Of a stretch of 64,000 nt of DNA, positions 27,020 to 38,737 are shown one piece after another. The notes under the pieces were generated by a model, which was not told the origin of the DNA, did not search any database, and was given only the letters and a program-made list of their open reading frames with translations. Positions within the stretch are counted from its first letter, which is position 1; each line of letters starts with the position of its first letter. Source of the stretch: Camelus ferus (lineage: Eukaryota); assembly GCF_009834535.1 (NCBI RefSeq), contig NC_045698.1, forward strand, positions 5,148,001 through 5,212,000. Reading direction: 5' to 3'. Made by a program: the position numbers and the translations under genes.

Positions 27020-27927
27020 TGTTCCTGAGTCCAAGCTGGTACTGCTTGCCACACAGCAGGCCAGTAAATCGAGAGACGAGTTGTTGGGGCAAGGAATAGC
27101 CACTTTATTTGGAAAGCCAGCACACTGAGAAGATGGTGGACTAGTGTCCCAAAGAACCATCTTGCCCGGGGTTGGATGCTAATGTTTTTTATAGAACAAA
27201 GATGGGGAAGTGAGGAGGTAAAGGTAAAAAAGAAGGAGGGGAGCGATAAAATTGTTACAGATATTTCCTGGTTCGGGCCAGACCCACGAGGGGTGTGTTA
27301 ATTGTTTCCTTCCTGCAGTCATTCCCAGGTGGGCCTGGTCAGGATGTTTCCTGTGAGCTAAACAAAGGTATTTTATTTTATTTTATTAACTTTTTTTTCT
27401 ATTAAGTTATAGTCATTTTACAATATTGTGTCAAATTTCAGTGTACAGCACAATTTTTCAGTTATACATGAACATACATATATTCATTGTCACATTTTTT
27501 TTCCCACTGTGAGCTACCACAAGATCTTGTATATATTTCCCTGTGCTATACAATGTGATCTTGTTTATCTATTCTGCATATGCCTGTCAGTATCTACAGA
27601 TTTTGAACTCCTAGTCTGTCCCTTCCCACCCCCCATCCCCCTTGGCAACCACAAGTGTGTATTCTATGTCTATGAGTCTGTTCTATTTTGTATTTATGTT
27701 CTTTTTTTTTAGATTCCACATATGATCGATCTCATATGGAATTTTTCTCTTTAGCTTAACATTCAGGCCTGGGAGGCAGGGGTCCTGGAGTTAGGCCATT
27801 ATGTATACTTGAAGCTTATAGGCAGTGTCCCTTTAGTGATTAACTTCTAGCAAAAGCAATAGAATACGAAGGTTGAAGGAAAAGAAACAGATCTGATATG
27901 GAGTCAGATTTGTTCTTTCCTATTACA
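27020..27927 (-). mobile_element. ERV1 solo LTR, MER41_BT-like
   Basis: TG...CA termini; minus strand starts TGTAATAGGAAAGAACAAATCTGACTCCATATCAGATCTG; perfect 4-bp TSD CTTC (27016-27019 and 27928-27931). Confidence 0.82.
27375..27750 (-). mobile_element. Young lineage L1 3' end nested in the LTR
   Basis: T-rich tail, then ttatagtcattttacaat...tagattccacatatg. Highly similar to the copy at 42170-42482. Confidence 0.88.
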
Positions 27928-29294
27928 CTTCATTATCCTTGCCCCAGCTGGACAGGTAAACCCCATTCTCCTCTAAATGACAGGGACTTTGCACCATCTC
28001 ATCCCACCAAAGAGAGTTTGGTGTAGGGCAAGTGAACAATGAAACAAAAATTTACACTTCCCTGCAGGATACCAAACCCTTTAAAAACGCTCTGGCAATT
28101 TTGAGAATGTTTGAGGCCAGGAAGCTTTATGTTGGTAATAGACTGTTTGACTCTAATGACGGAATGAGATCCAGGTTTGTTTTCTAGTGTTTGTGAAGCT
28201 GTCTTGGGGAGGGGGCAGAAGGAACAGAGGTAAAGGGAAGCCTTCTTAGACTACGAGTTTTGTCTTAGAGATTTGATCAAAGGAGCCTGAAAAAGAAAAA
28301 TTTCTCTAAAAATGAAAAATACCATTGATGAGCCATCAGCCGTCTCTGTCCTTTTCTTGAATCTGTCACCTGAATCCTGAGCTTTCAGTTCTTTCAAAGG
28401 AATGGATTCGTGTCAAATTAGACACATCATTACAGACTGATCACATGCTGGCTGAACGCCGCATTGCCCTGGCTGACATCGGTGGTTTTCCTTTACTTTC
28501 ACCAACCCATGCATTTTGTTCCATTACACACAGAGATCTGAGGCACTCTCCATTCCACATGTTTATTTTTGAGGAGAGTTTGTGGAGGATATTGATGTCT
28601 AATCATTTATTAAACCATCAGTGATGCTTTTTAAAATCCCTAGAAAACAAGGAGAGCATCAGCAGCACCCCACCATGGGGCGTCGCACAGGATGGGCTCC
28701 TTCTGTGTACTTGCAGGACAAATGATGAATCTGCTGGATTGTGTGAACTTGAGAGGGTACTATATCTGCAGCTTGACTTTAGCAAGAACTTTGCTCTAGT
28801 TCTAAGGGGTGTCTTTAAAGAGTAGAGAGAAAGCCAATGAGCTGGTGCCATGGAGAGAGTATGTGCACATAGTCACCGGGAGGCACCCCAAGGAGAGACA
28901 GGGCTGGGGGTGTTCCTAGTTATCTGCAAAGTGTGAAGAATAATAATAATGACTTCTTCCTCGGGCAGCAGAGATGATTAAATGAGATGATAAATGAAAA
29001 GGACTTAACTGGACCGGGTACATAGTGAGTACGTCAGTGAGTAATACCAGGTGTTGATAATGTTAACTGCACGGTGACAGACCTGCAGCAGTCTCATCAT
29101 ATTTGTGGAGTGCAGTGGACTGGATAGGCTGGGCGCATAGGGAAGGGACATGCTTCCTATCCATTTTTGCAGCAGTAATCACAGCATGCCTCCCTTAGGT
29201 GATGTGAGGTCCTGCTGGCCAGACTCTGGGTGAATCATGTTTGATATCCTTCTCAGTAGCTCGTGAATGTCTTGATATGAGAGAGAATATGAGG

Positions 29295-29960
29295 TGGTGG
29301 GTAGAGCATGCACTTTGGTCTCAGGTGGAATCTGAGTGTGGATTCTCTTCTCCCGCTTAACAGCCCTGTGCAGTGAACATGAGGATGGGCCACTCGCATC
29401 TCCCTGAAAGAAAGGCCGGCTGTCCTGCTGTTGAGGGTGTTGTTAGTGACTGACTTTCAGCTCTTAGACGCTTCCAGGCTGCCTTAGGTGCATAGAGCTC
29501 CCAGCTCAATGTCATACCTTTCAAAGAGTGGTCCACATCCGTGACTGATAGAGTTGGGGGTTTAAATTCTCTCCGTTTTGGCCCAATGCAGAACAGGTCC
29601 GATGGGCCATTTTAGCTCCAGAGCTTCTTTGAGTTTGTCTGAAGTTGTCAGGCCCACATCCCAGCTCAGCCTCTCCCTCTGCCAAGTCCTGCATCCTTCC
29701 TTCCTGATGGGCGTTGATCCAAACGGCATCCCCTAATAAACACCGATTTCTGTTTCAGAATGTGCTTCCTGGAGAACCCAACTGCAGCATCAAATAAACT
29801 TGTACTAATTCTTTGGTTTACTCAGTTTTCTCATCTCTATTATGGCGACAGTAACACCAGCCTCCCTAGATAGTCGCTGGCCTTGGTGCTGATTAGATGA
29901 TTTAGTGTACAAGAACTGTTACCAAGCAGGGCTTGTCCTTAGCCCTCACTAAACAGTAGA
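29295..29960 (+). mobile_element. MIR split by an ERVL LTR
   Basis: MIR 5' part (gtagagcatgcactttgg...) before 29367; core (ctcagttttctcatct) resumes near 29810. Another MIR 3' fragment lies at about 28955-29060. Confidence 0.55.
29367..29789 (+). mobile_element. ERVL solo LTR (LTR16-like)
   Basis: TG start; ccctAATAAAc polyA signal; ends tgcttcctggagaacccaactgcagca. Confidence 0.7.
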
Positions 29961-30554
29961 CAGAAGCAGCAGCAGTAATGTATTTTGTTAAGTCTAAATG
30001 ACTTTTACAGAAGCTAAGAAATGTAGAGCATAGAAATACTTCGAGGATATATGTTAAAAACCAAAGTCCGAGTGACCTATGGAATTAAGTAGGGTGAAAG
30101 TTGCATCATACGTATGTAAGACTCTCAGAGCCAGGTCTGGTCTGGTTGACCATCCTGCAGTGTGTCCTACCCAGACTTAAGGTAGGGGGCATGGCTTCAT
30201 CCTGGTGAGGTGCCAGAAGCCCACACTCCATTGACGAGTGGAGCTCAGAAGTTCTGCTAATTCCTGTGCATCTGTAGGGTAATGGAATAGTTGGGTTTGG
30301 AAACACGAGACACAGCTCACCTCTTGTCAGGACTGAGAGAGAAGCATTTATAGGGTCGGTTGCCACTGTCTTGTTCCCTGCAAAAGCCACTCCTGTTCCC
30401 TAGACACCCATGGGGATTGCTCACTTGGACCAGCCACTGGTGCCTTGATGGGTTGGATCTGACCATCCTGCAGCTCAGCTTTGTGGTCATAGAGACGTGC
30501 ATATATACAGCTCCATCTTGTGCATCACTCCTACCACACCCCCACCTGAGATAC

Positions 30555-31003
30555 TGTATTGGTTTCCTAATCCTGCTGAAAAAAATTACCGCAATCTTGG
30601 TTGCTTAAAACAACAGCAGTTTCTAAATTCTGAAGTTTATCATTTCAAAGAAATCAAAACCAAGGTGTTGGCAAAGCTGGGTTCCCTGGATGCTCTGAGG
30701 GAGAAGATTTTCACACCTCTCTCCTAGCTTCTGGTGGTCACCAGCAGTAGTTGGCATCCCTTGGCCTGGGGCTTCAAAACTCCAATCTCTGCGCCCATCC
30801 TCACTGGCCTCTTCATGTCTCTGCATCTTGTCCCCTTCTGTCTCTTACAGGGACACTGGCCATTGTCTTTAAGGCCCACTCTGATAATCTCATAGCAGCA
30901 TCCTTAATTTAATTAGATCTGCAATGACTCTTATTTCAAGCAAGTTCATAATCTGAGGTTCCCATTAGACATAACTTCAGGGTCTTCTGTTCAACCCACT
31001 ACA
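30555..31003 (-). mobile_element. MaLR solo LTR (MLT1C/D/E-like)
   Basis: tgtattggtttcct...gttcaacccactaca; 5-bp TSD GATAC/GACAC. Confidence 0.82.
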
Positions 31004-31454
31004 GACACCAGCAGCCACAGCTGGACAGCAGTTCCACCCTCTCCCGCAGGACTTGCCCCAGACTCTCCATGTGTTGTACGAGACCAGAGGGTCTGTGGAG
31101 CTCCGCTTGCCTTGCCTGCTCAGGTGTGACTAAGCTCTACGGAGTGTAACAGATGGAGATACTTGCTTGGAAGTATCTATGGTAACACGTAGGGAAAGAA
31201 AGCAAAGCTGGAAGAGTTTAGAGTGAGGAAACATACGGGAATTCCACTCTTGTTTAAATAAAACTCTCATCCATAGGGTAGTCAGCAAGGATTCCTGAGG
31301 GATGGTTGCAGATGGGAGGGCAACTGAACATCTGTCATTGGCTCTTTGCCCAACTTTTTAAAAAACAGGTGATATGGTCACATTTAAAAAAAAATTTAAG
31401 ATAAAGGTTTCAAAAGGTTTTCAGTAAATATGCTTCTTCCAAGCATTTTGAATT

Positions 31455-32960
31455 CTCTCATTGTTTGTAGTGGTTTTTCATTTGATCCTTTTAGGATTTC
31501 TGGGTATATAATCACATCATTTTCAAATGAATATGCATTTTCTGATTTTTAAAACCGTCTTTTCTTTCCAATTGCTTTGCCTTGTGCCTCCAGAAAAAAA
31601 AAAAAATTAACATTAGCATGGTAGTAGACTCACTTGTTTTTTTATTATTATTATTTAGTAGGACTGATGTTTGTGCTTTAAGCAGTATGCTGGCTTTTGG
31701 ATTAAGTTAAATAAATGTTATAATTTGAAGGATGTAACTATTCCTAGTTAGAGACATTTTCTTTTTTGTTTTTTTTTAAACAATGATCTTGAACTTTATC
31801 AAAAGACTTTTTAAAAAAAATAACCCATGGGCAAAATTGTGTGATCTATCCTCTTTTATAGTATTGAAAAATTATTGAATTTCTGGAATTAAGTCAGCAG
31901 GTCATGTTGTGTTTTTATCTAATTTGCTGCTTGGTTCTTTTGACTAACAATTATGAAGGATTTTGAGTCTATTTTGACAATAAGAGCAAGTGCAGGCAGC
32001 ACTGGCCATGGGCCAGGGATGAGGCTGGATGCTTCGCTCATGGGTGACCACCTTCCATCCCAAATGTTCATTTAGAAGAGAGAACATTCCCTTTTTTTTT
32101 TCTGTGCAAATTCTTCTGTTCAGATTTACTTTCTTTTCTGGAATGTTTTTCTCAAAGATGCACTCTTATAACTGTAGTTTCTTTCATCTAAGATTGCAGT
32201 TGTATTCCATGGAGTTGAGTAACCTCTTCTCATGGTTTCACTTATCTTTGTTCTTGTGTGTACTTTTCCCTGGTTAGTTTCTTATTCTTCAGATTTGTCC
32301 TTTCTCTGTTAACTCCTGATTCGTCTTAACAATTTTTTGCTTATTTCTTTTATTTCTCCAAAGGGTGAATTTTTAATATATTTATTATTTTTATTGATTT
32401 TCTGTAATTTTATTTCAGCTTTTTATTTATTAATTCCTTACATTAATTTTCCTTGGGCTTGTTTTATTTTATTTCAAACTTTTTGTGTTAGATGCTTAAT
32501 CCATTCATTTTTTCTCTTTTATTTACATACATGAAAGTATTGCAGGCTATGCATTTTCCTCTGGAGCCTGCTTTAGCTCTATGCTTTGTTTGTACCCATC
32601 ATCATTATTTCCTAGATACTTTGATGATTTGGTTTGAATTTCTTTTCTGACACAGAGGAACTTCGTTGTTGTCTTATTTTTAGATGATAGTGGATTTTTA
32701 TTTTCTGCTTTATTATTAATTTTAGCCCTTTCTGCATTAAGATTGGAGAACTGTCTGTGCTCTTTCTACTTTTTAGAATTTATTGAGGTCATTGTTTGGT
32801 AATCGAAGGCCAGCCTGGACTGCTCCTTCCCCTTACAACAGAATTGATCTTTCTGCCTGATTGCCCAAGGGGCTTCTTTATTTCTGAAGTCCAGCAACTT
32901 TACTGCAACTTGATGCTTTATTACTGCTTGGCACTTAATTTTCCATTTTTGCAGAGTCCC
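31455..32960 (-). mobile_element. Ancient L1 ORF2 remnants
   Basis: T-rich decayed antisense L1 (ttaggatttctgggtatataatcacatcat; ttttagaatttattgagg). Confidence 0.55.
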
Positions 32961-33659
32961 TTTTTGATATGAACTACATGCCGCTGCTGCTACTGCTAAC
33001 CACGCTCATCACCACCACTAGAGCTCTGAGCACTCGTGGGGGTGAGTTGCTGTGCTAAGTGACGCTCAAGTCCTTGTGTTCCTCTAGCCAGTGGAGATGC
33101 TTAGGGACAGAACCTCCATGCTTCAGAGCAGGACTGCTGCCTGCAGGCGCCTGGTGATGCCACTCCTTCTGGAGCCCGGCCTCCTGAGCATCCTGAATCC
33201 AAGAGGGTTTCCACCAATATTCCTTCAATTGCAAAAGAGGGTGGGGCGTGACTTTTACACCTCTGGGTGGGCTCCTCACCTTGGCGAGGTGCGTTTCTGC
33301 TTCCTTTCTGAATCTGTGGCCTCCTTTACTAGGGTTCTCTTATAGTTCTTTTCTTGATTTCCCGCCTCTGGGCCCTGATTGCATTTAGAAGCCCTTGGAA
33401 TCTGGAGGGTCTATTGATCTTCTAATTTTGTTGAAAATATGAATTATATATGTATTTCCTGTGCGCTTTGGTATTCTGGTTAATTTCCAAGAAAAGAAGA
33501 AGAAATGCCATCTTTATGGGTCAAACTGGAAATACTTAGTTTTTAACCTTTTATTGGTTTCTTAAATTTTCACCTTCTGTGTCAAACTCTAGATCAAGAC
33601 ATTGACCAAAAAATGGGACGAGGAAGTAGAAAATAACAGGTAAAGAGACTAAACAGCTC

Positions 33660-33780
33660 AGGGCTCCACTCTTAGGACCTCATCTAATCTGAGTTACTTC
33701 CTTACCCTACATCCAGTCACATGGGGGGTTAGGGCCCCAACATGTGAATTTGGGGGAGACACAGTTTGGTCCATGGCAGT
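33660..33780 (-). mobile_element. MaLR LTR fragment (MLT1A/B-like)
   Basis: gacctcatctaatct...ggggttagggccccaacatgtgaatttgggggagacaca. Confidence 0.7.
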
Positions 33781-34409
33781 TGGTTTGTCTGATTTACTAA
33801 AAGTTTAGCAAGTGTGAGCCCCAGCATTGTTAGAGGACTCGTGCTTCAAAGCCTTCTGTTCTAGTCCTGGGGCGTTCCTGCTCTCCTCTCCGCGTTTGAA
33901 CTCACGGAGACAGACCTGAGCTGACCAGAAGCAGAGCTAAGGTGGTGAAGCGACCAGTGCCCATGGGGAGTCACTGATCTGGAGATGAAGGCTGAGGGCG
34001 TGGGGACCCTCCTCACTTCTCTGCCCAATCCCGTAGTCTGCTCTGTGTTATGATTTTCTGCACGAATCCTCCCATCCTCTTCCAGGATGCTTATTTGTCT
34101 GTGTGTTCTTCTGTCACACATCCCTGGGCCTTGAGATGAGCTGTTGAGATCTGTGGCAGGAATCTGAGCTTTTTAATATTTTTATTTGTCCCAGCACAGA
34201 GGGTACACAATGTTAAATGGATGCCTGCATGAATAGACTCATGAGGGGTGGGATGAAAGTGCGTGCAAACACATGGCATCGTAAACATCCGTGCTCCTTG
34301 GGTAGATAACACCAAACGAGGGGACTGGCGGGCAGTTCTTTCTCTGTGCGACATCTCTGAGCATGAGCGCTGGGCGAGGTGGTCATGTCCTTTAAAGAGG
34401 GTCAGGAAG

Positions 34410-34583
34410 CGAGGAGGGTACAGCTCAGTGGTAGCGTGTGTGTTTAGCATGCAGGAGGTCCTGGGTTCAATCCCGAGTGCCTCCATTAACACAAAATAAA
34501 TGAATATGCCTAAAAACCTCCCTCCTCAAAATGAGATAAAAATTCAGCAAAAAAAATTCACAAATGAAAAAAACTTTTTTTTT
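34410..34583 (+). mobile_element. tRNA-Ala-derived camelid SINE (Vic-1-like)
   Basis: A and B boxes, A-rich tail, imperfect TSD aaagagggtcaggaag / aaagaatcaggaag. Confidence 0.88.
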
Positions 34584-34876
34584 AAAGAATCAGGAAGAGT
34601 GACAATGACCCTGACACCCTTAATTAAACTTCTATTTTGTCATTTTGCTTTCATCACGACGTAAGATCCTCACATGAATTTTAAGTAAGTTTTAAACCAA
34701 ACTTGTAGTGTTATAATCAGAGGAAAGACACGATCCTAATTAGGATCTGGGTACACACAGGGTTCGAGGATCCAGGAGTACTTGTCCTTAACAGGAAAAT
34801 TAGACAAAATTGAACTGGTCTCCAGTGATGTTAACATGATTCATAAGAAAAATCGGCTGGAGGCTTGAGTCCAAGC

Positions 34877-34906
34877 AGCCCCTGCGAGCTTAGCCCCTGC
34901 GAGCTT
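34877..34906. repeat. Perfect 15-bp tandem duplication (AGCCCCTGCGAGCTT x2)
   Basis: Read directly. Confidence 0.9.
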
Positions 34907-35658
34907 TGTCCCTGGACCGATACAGAGCATTTTACTCATTTAGCCACTTAAAGAGGCAGAGAAGGCCACTGATTTGAGTTCCTTTTAATTAAGAAATAAA
35001 GACACTTTTCAAAAATCGTAAAGACACTGAGGGCATTCATCTGAAGCAAACTGCCTGACAGGTATCTCAGAAAGTTTTGTCAATGAAGGACTTAGTGCTT
35101 CAAGCTAAGGGTTATCCTGTGATCTAAACCTCTGGTTTTGGGTTTAATAATAGGTTGAAGACTGCTTCTTTTGACTGAGCACAAAGAATGCTCTGTGGGC
35201 AGAGCTAAGCCTTCATTTGGAAGGTCATCCAGCCTTTCCATGCCGAAGAGTGTCCAGACTCTTAGGAAATTCTGCTCATCATGGGGTGTGGAAGTCTTGT
35301 GTCTCAGATACAGTGGTCCCAAGTGGACCTGTCCCTTGTGGGCCCATTTGGTAGCTGTGGGATTGGAGGTGACAGCTGTTGTGACGGAAGTGGGTGGATC
35401 GCAGCAGCAGGTTAGGAGGAGGTGACTAGAAGAGCCTCACCTGTGCAGGTGGGACGCGCTGCCCATTCCTGCCGTCTCTCAGTGAATCTTGCAGAGTTGA
35501 TTCAATACTAATTGATTCAGTTGATTATCCGTTCAAGAACCTTCTCTGGTGACTCTAAGAACTGGGATCTTACGACTCTGAGATCTTATTACTGCATTGC
35601 AAATCCCATTTTTAGTTCTTTTTGTTACGTGATCTACTGTGTATTAAAACCCATTCTT

Positions 35659-35805
35659 GGGGGGAGGGTATATATTTTAAGTGGTGAAACACGTGGTCAG
35701 CATGCAAGAGGTCCCGGGATCAATCCCCATTACTGCCTCCAAACAGAAATAAATGAATAAACCTAGTGACCCCCCCCATAAAAAAACAAAACAAATGAAC
35801 AAACA
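35659..35805 (+). mobile_element. tRNA-Ala-derived camelid SINE (diverged)
   Basis: ggggagggtata...cagcatgcaagaggtcccgggatcaatcccc; TSD aaaacccattcttgggg / aaaaccccactcgggg. Confidence 0.82.
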
Positions 35806-37094
35806 AAAACCCCACTCGGGGCACTTCCCTCAGCAATAGTTTGCCTTTACAACTTATTTAACAGCTTTTTGAACTTTTGAGGAGTTTGGTCAGTTTTTTC
35901 TTATAAATATAAGTTTTCACATTGATCTAGCTTTTAGACTAAAAGCTGTCGTTTCTAAACAAAATTTAAAAGTAAACGTATAGACTACATACACAGTTAA
36001 TTTCTTTCCTTCCCTTAACTCTGTCTCATACGGAATTTAAAGAATTTTGTGGGTTTGGATTAAAAAGACTAGGTAAGTGTGTAGAAATTTCATCCTGGTG
36101 TTGGATTCTTATGGAAACTCTTAAGAACTATTTTGAGCTTATCTTTCTTTTGGATCAATTTAAGATTCTCATTTCTTATTTAGCATGCTTTCAAATCTAA
36201 TATTTATAACATCCACAAAGTGGAAAAGTATTTCTGTTTCTTCCCAGGCCGTTTTACTTGCATATAATTCGAGAATCATTTTGATTATCTCTGGCTCCAG
36301 GTCTCAGTAAATGTTTGTCTTCAGAATTAGCCAGAAATCACTTTCCTGCTTCATCCTGCTGCCCCCCACCCTGGAAGCTGCAGGAGACAGACGCCTGGCC
36401 TGGCTTTGCGCCTGACCCACAGCCCTCCAGGTGACCATCCTAGAGCTGACGTCCGCCTTCACAGTCCTCCAGTGGTTCTTATTTCCTGCAGGCCAAGTGA
36501 CCCAGGTCTCTTGGGATAGGATGCAAGGCCCTGTACCATGTGCGCCCTCCCCGCCCCTCCCTCGCTCCCCCTCTGCTGCACTCGCAGCTCTGCAGACGCT
36601 GAGCTCCTTGTGGGTACCTGATTGTGCTCTGCCTTATCTCACCTAAGAACTGTTACGTCTGTTTTGTCCTTGCTCTGGAGCATCCCCCTCTTATCGCCTG
36701 GCCAGTCTTGAGAACAAGCCGCGTGTCCCTTGCAGAAAGTCCTCCATGACCCATGAACTGTCCCAGGAGCCCGAGTTTGGGCTCTCGGAGCCCAGTCATA
36801 ACTCTCCTCTCACCTCGAGTTCTTGGCTCTCTTTTCTGATGCCTGCGCTGCCTGGATGCTGCTTGTAGAAGGGGCTTTGTCTTGGCTCTGTGGTCCACAG
36901 TGGGCATGCAGATGCTTCCTGGATATGCAGCATGCCTCTGTTCACTGTCCCTCATCTTTTGAACCTGCAGCTGTAGAACTAGGAAAGCTTATTTGTGCGC
37001 TGTGCTGGCAAAAGAAGTTAAATTCTCTTGTGAATTATTTTTGCTGCATCCCCTGGAAGTGAAAGACGTGTCTCCACTTTTCAAAGACAACGTG

Positions 37095-37330
37095 ATGCCT
37101 GGTGAAAAGAGCTTCAGTTTTGGAGCCGAAAAGACTTGAGCTCAAATCCCAGTTGTGGTTGAAATGGTTGTATGGGTTTTAGCAAGTGACGTAGCTTCGC
37201 TGACCATCCATCTGTTTACTTGTCTGTAAATAGGGCCAATGACAGAACTGGACTGAGGACTGGGTACTGTGTGTATATGATTCCTAGCTGAGTGCTTGGC
37301 CCATGTTAGGTGTTCAATAAATGTAGCCAT
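37095..37330 (+). mobile_element. MIR SINE
   Basis: gagctcaaatcccag...tctgtaaatagg...ttaggtgttcaataaatgtagc. Confidence 0.7.
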
Positions 37331-37409
37331 TCATTAGGTTATAGCTTTTCTGGGGTTTTTCCTGTCTCTCTGTGGCTTATTTTTTGTTGTAAGTAACACA
37401 CACATAACT

Positions 37410-37799
37410 TTTTTTTAAATCGAAGTACAGTCAGTTATAATGTATCAATTTCTGGTGTACAGCACAATGTCCCAGTCATGCATGTATATATACATATATT
37501 CATTTTCATATTCTTTTCATTAAAGGTTATTACAAGATGTTGAATATAGTTCCCTGTGCTATACAGCAGAAATTTGTTTTTTAATCTATTTTTATATATA
37601 GTGGCTAACATTTGCAAATCTCAGACTCCCAAATTTATCCCTTCCCACCCCCTTCCCCCGGTGACCATAAAATTGTTTACTATGTGTGAAATACCATATG
37701 ATACCACTCATATATAGAATCTTAAAAAAAAAAAAAAGAAAGAGAAAAGAGAACACTAATGAACTCATCTACAAAACAGAAGACTCACAGACCTAGTAA
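37410..37799 (-). mobile_element. Young L1 3' end with 5' inversion
   Basis: Minus-strand 3' UTR 37410-37688, plus-strand upstream L1 segment 37689-37799; TSD ATAACTTTTT / ATAACTTCTT. Confidence 0.88.
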
Positions 37800-38540
37800 A
37801 TAACTTCTTAGGTTAGGAGAGAACTTCTTCCTGAGGTATTTAAATCAGTGAAAATGCTGTACCTTCAGAAAGATACCCCATGATGAGATTTTAGAAAAAT
37901 TAATGGAAGAATCATATAAACCTTATGGGGAACCAGTATAACATTGTCAATTAAATCGATAGTTAAATATCCAAGACTGTAAAAAACCATTATGTAGTGT
38001 AGGAGGTGATTTAAGAAGCAGTTTTTTTTAAGCAAACATCTTTAATAATAATAATAACTTTTAAAACTGTATTATTTTTACAAATCAGGTTATAATTTTA
38101 ATAAATCTGTTTCTTATAAATTTAGGTAGCATATTAAATACGTCCACTGCACGTTCATCAGTCCATCCAGGAGACACGTTTTGAGTAACTGCCGCATTCC
38201 AGTGCTTTTCTAAGCGCTTGCAAAATAAGTATGATTTAAAACAACAACAACAAAACCTCAAACCTCTTAATGTCTACCAGGAGGTGTGTGAGTAACACTG
38301 GCATCCAGAAGCGTGGCTTCACAGCAGTGGAGAGAGGGCGGTGATGGCATGCTGTCTAACAGAATTCTTCCCTAACGCGTCACCTTAGTCAGGATATCCT
38401 CACTGGTAGATTCTGCAGTGAGAACTCAGAGGGTGATTTAAAGTGATGCCAGATCTCCCGTCCCCTCAGCTGTGAGATTGTCAGTAGGATTTACAAGTAA
38501 GATCACGAGCCACAAAGACAAACCTGTATATGTTCTAGAA

Positions 38541-38737
38541 CAAGGGTTCACAGTCTTTTTCTGGGAAAGACCACAGAGTAAATATTTTCGAATTTTCGGG
38601 CCATCTGGTCTCAGTGGCAGCTGCTCAGCTCTGCTTGCTGCAGTGTTCGAACACCTGTGGGCAGCGTGCAAGCGAATGACTGTGGCTGCAATCCAGTAAA
38701 ACTTTATTTACAAAATCAGACTTGGCACACAGGCCCA
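38541..38737 (+). mobile_element. MER58A-like hAT MITE
   Basis: agtaaatatttt...tccagtaaaactttatttacaaaa; perfect 8-bp TSD TTCTAGAA (38533-38540 and 38738-38745). Confidence 0.88.

Noticed and set aside
34732..34747. 16-bp perfect palindrome GATCCTAATTAGGATC
   Set aside because: About one is expected by chance in 64 kb.
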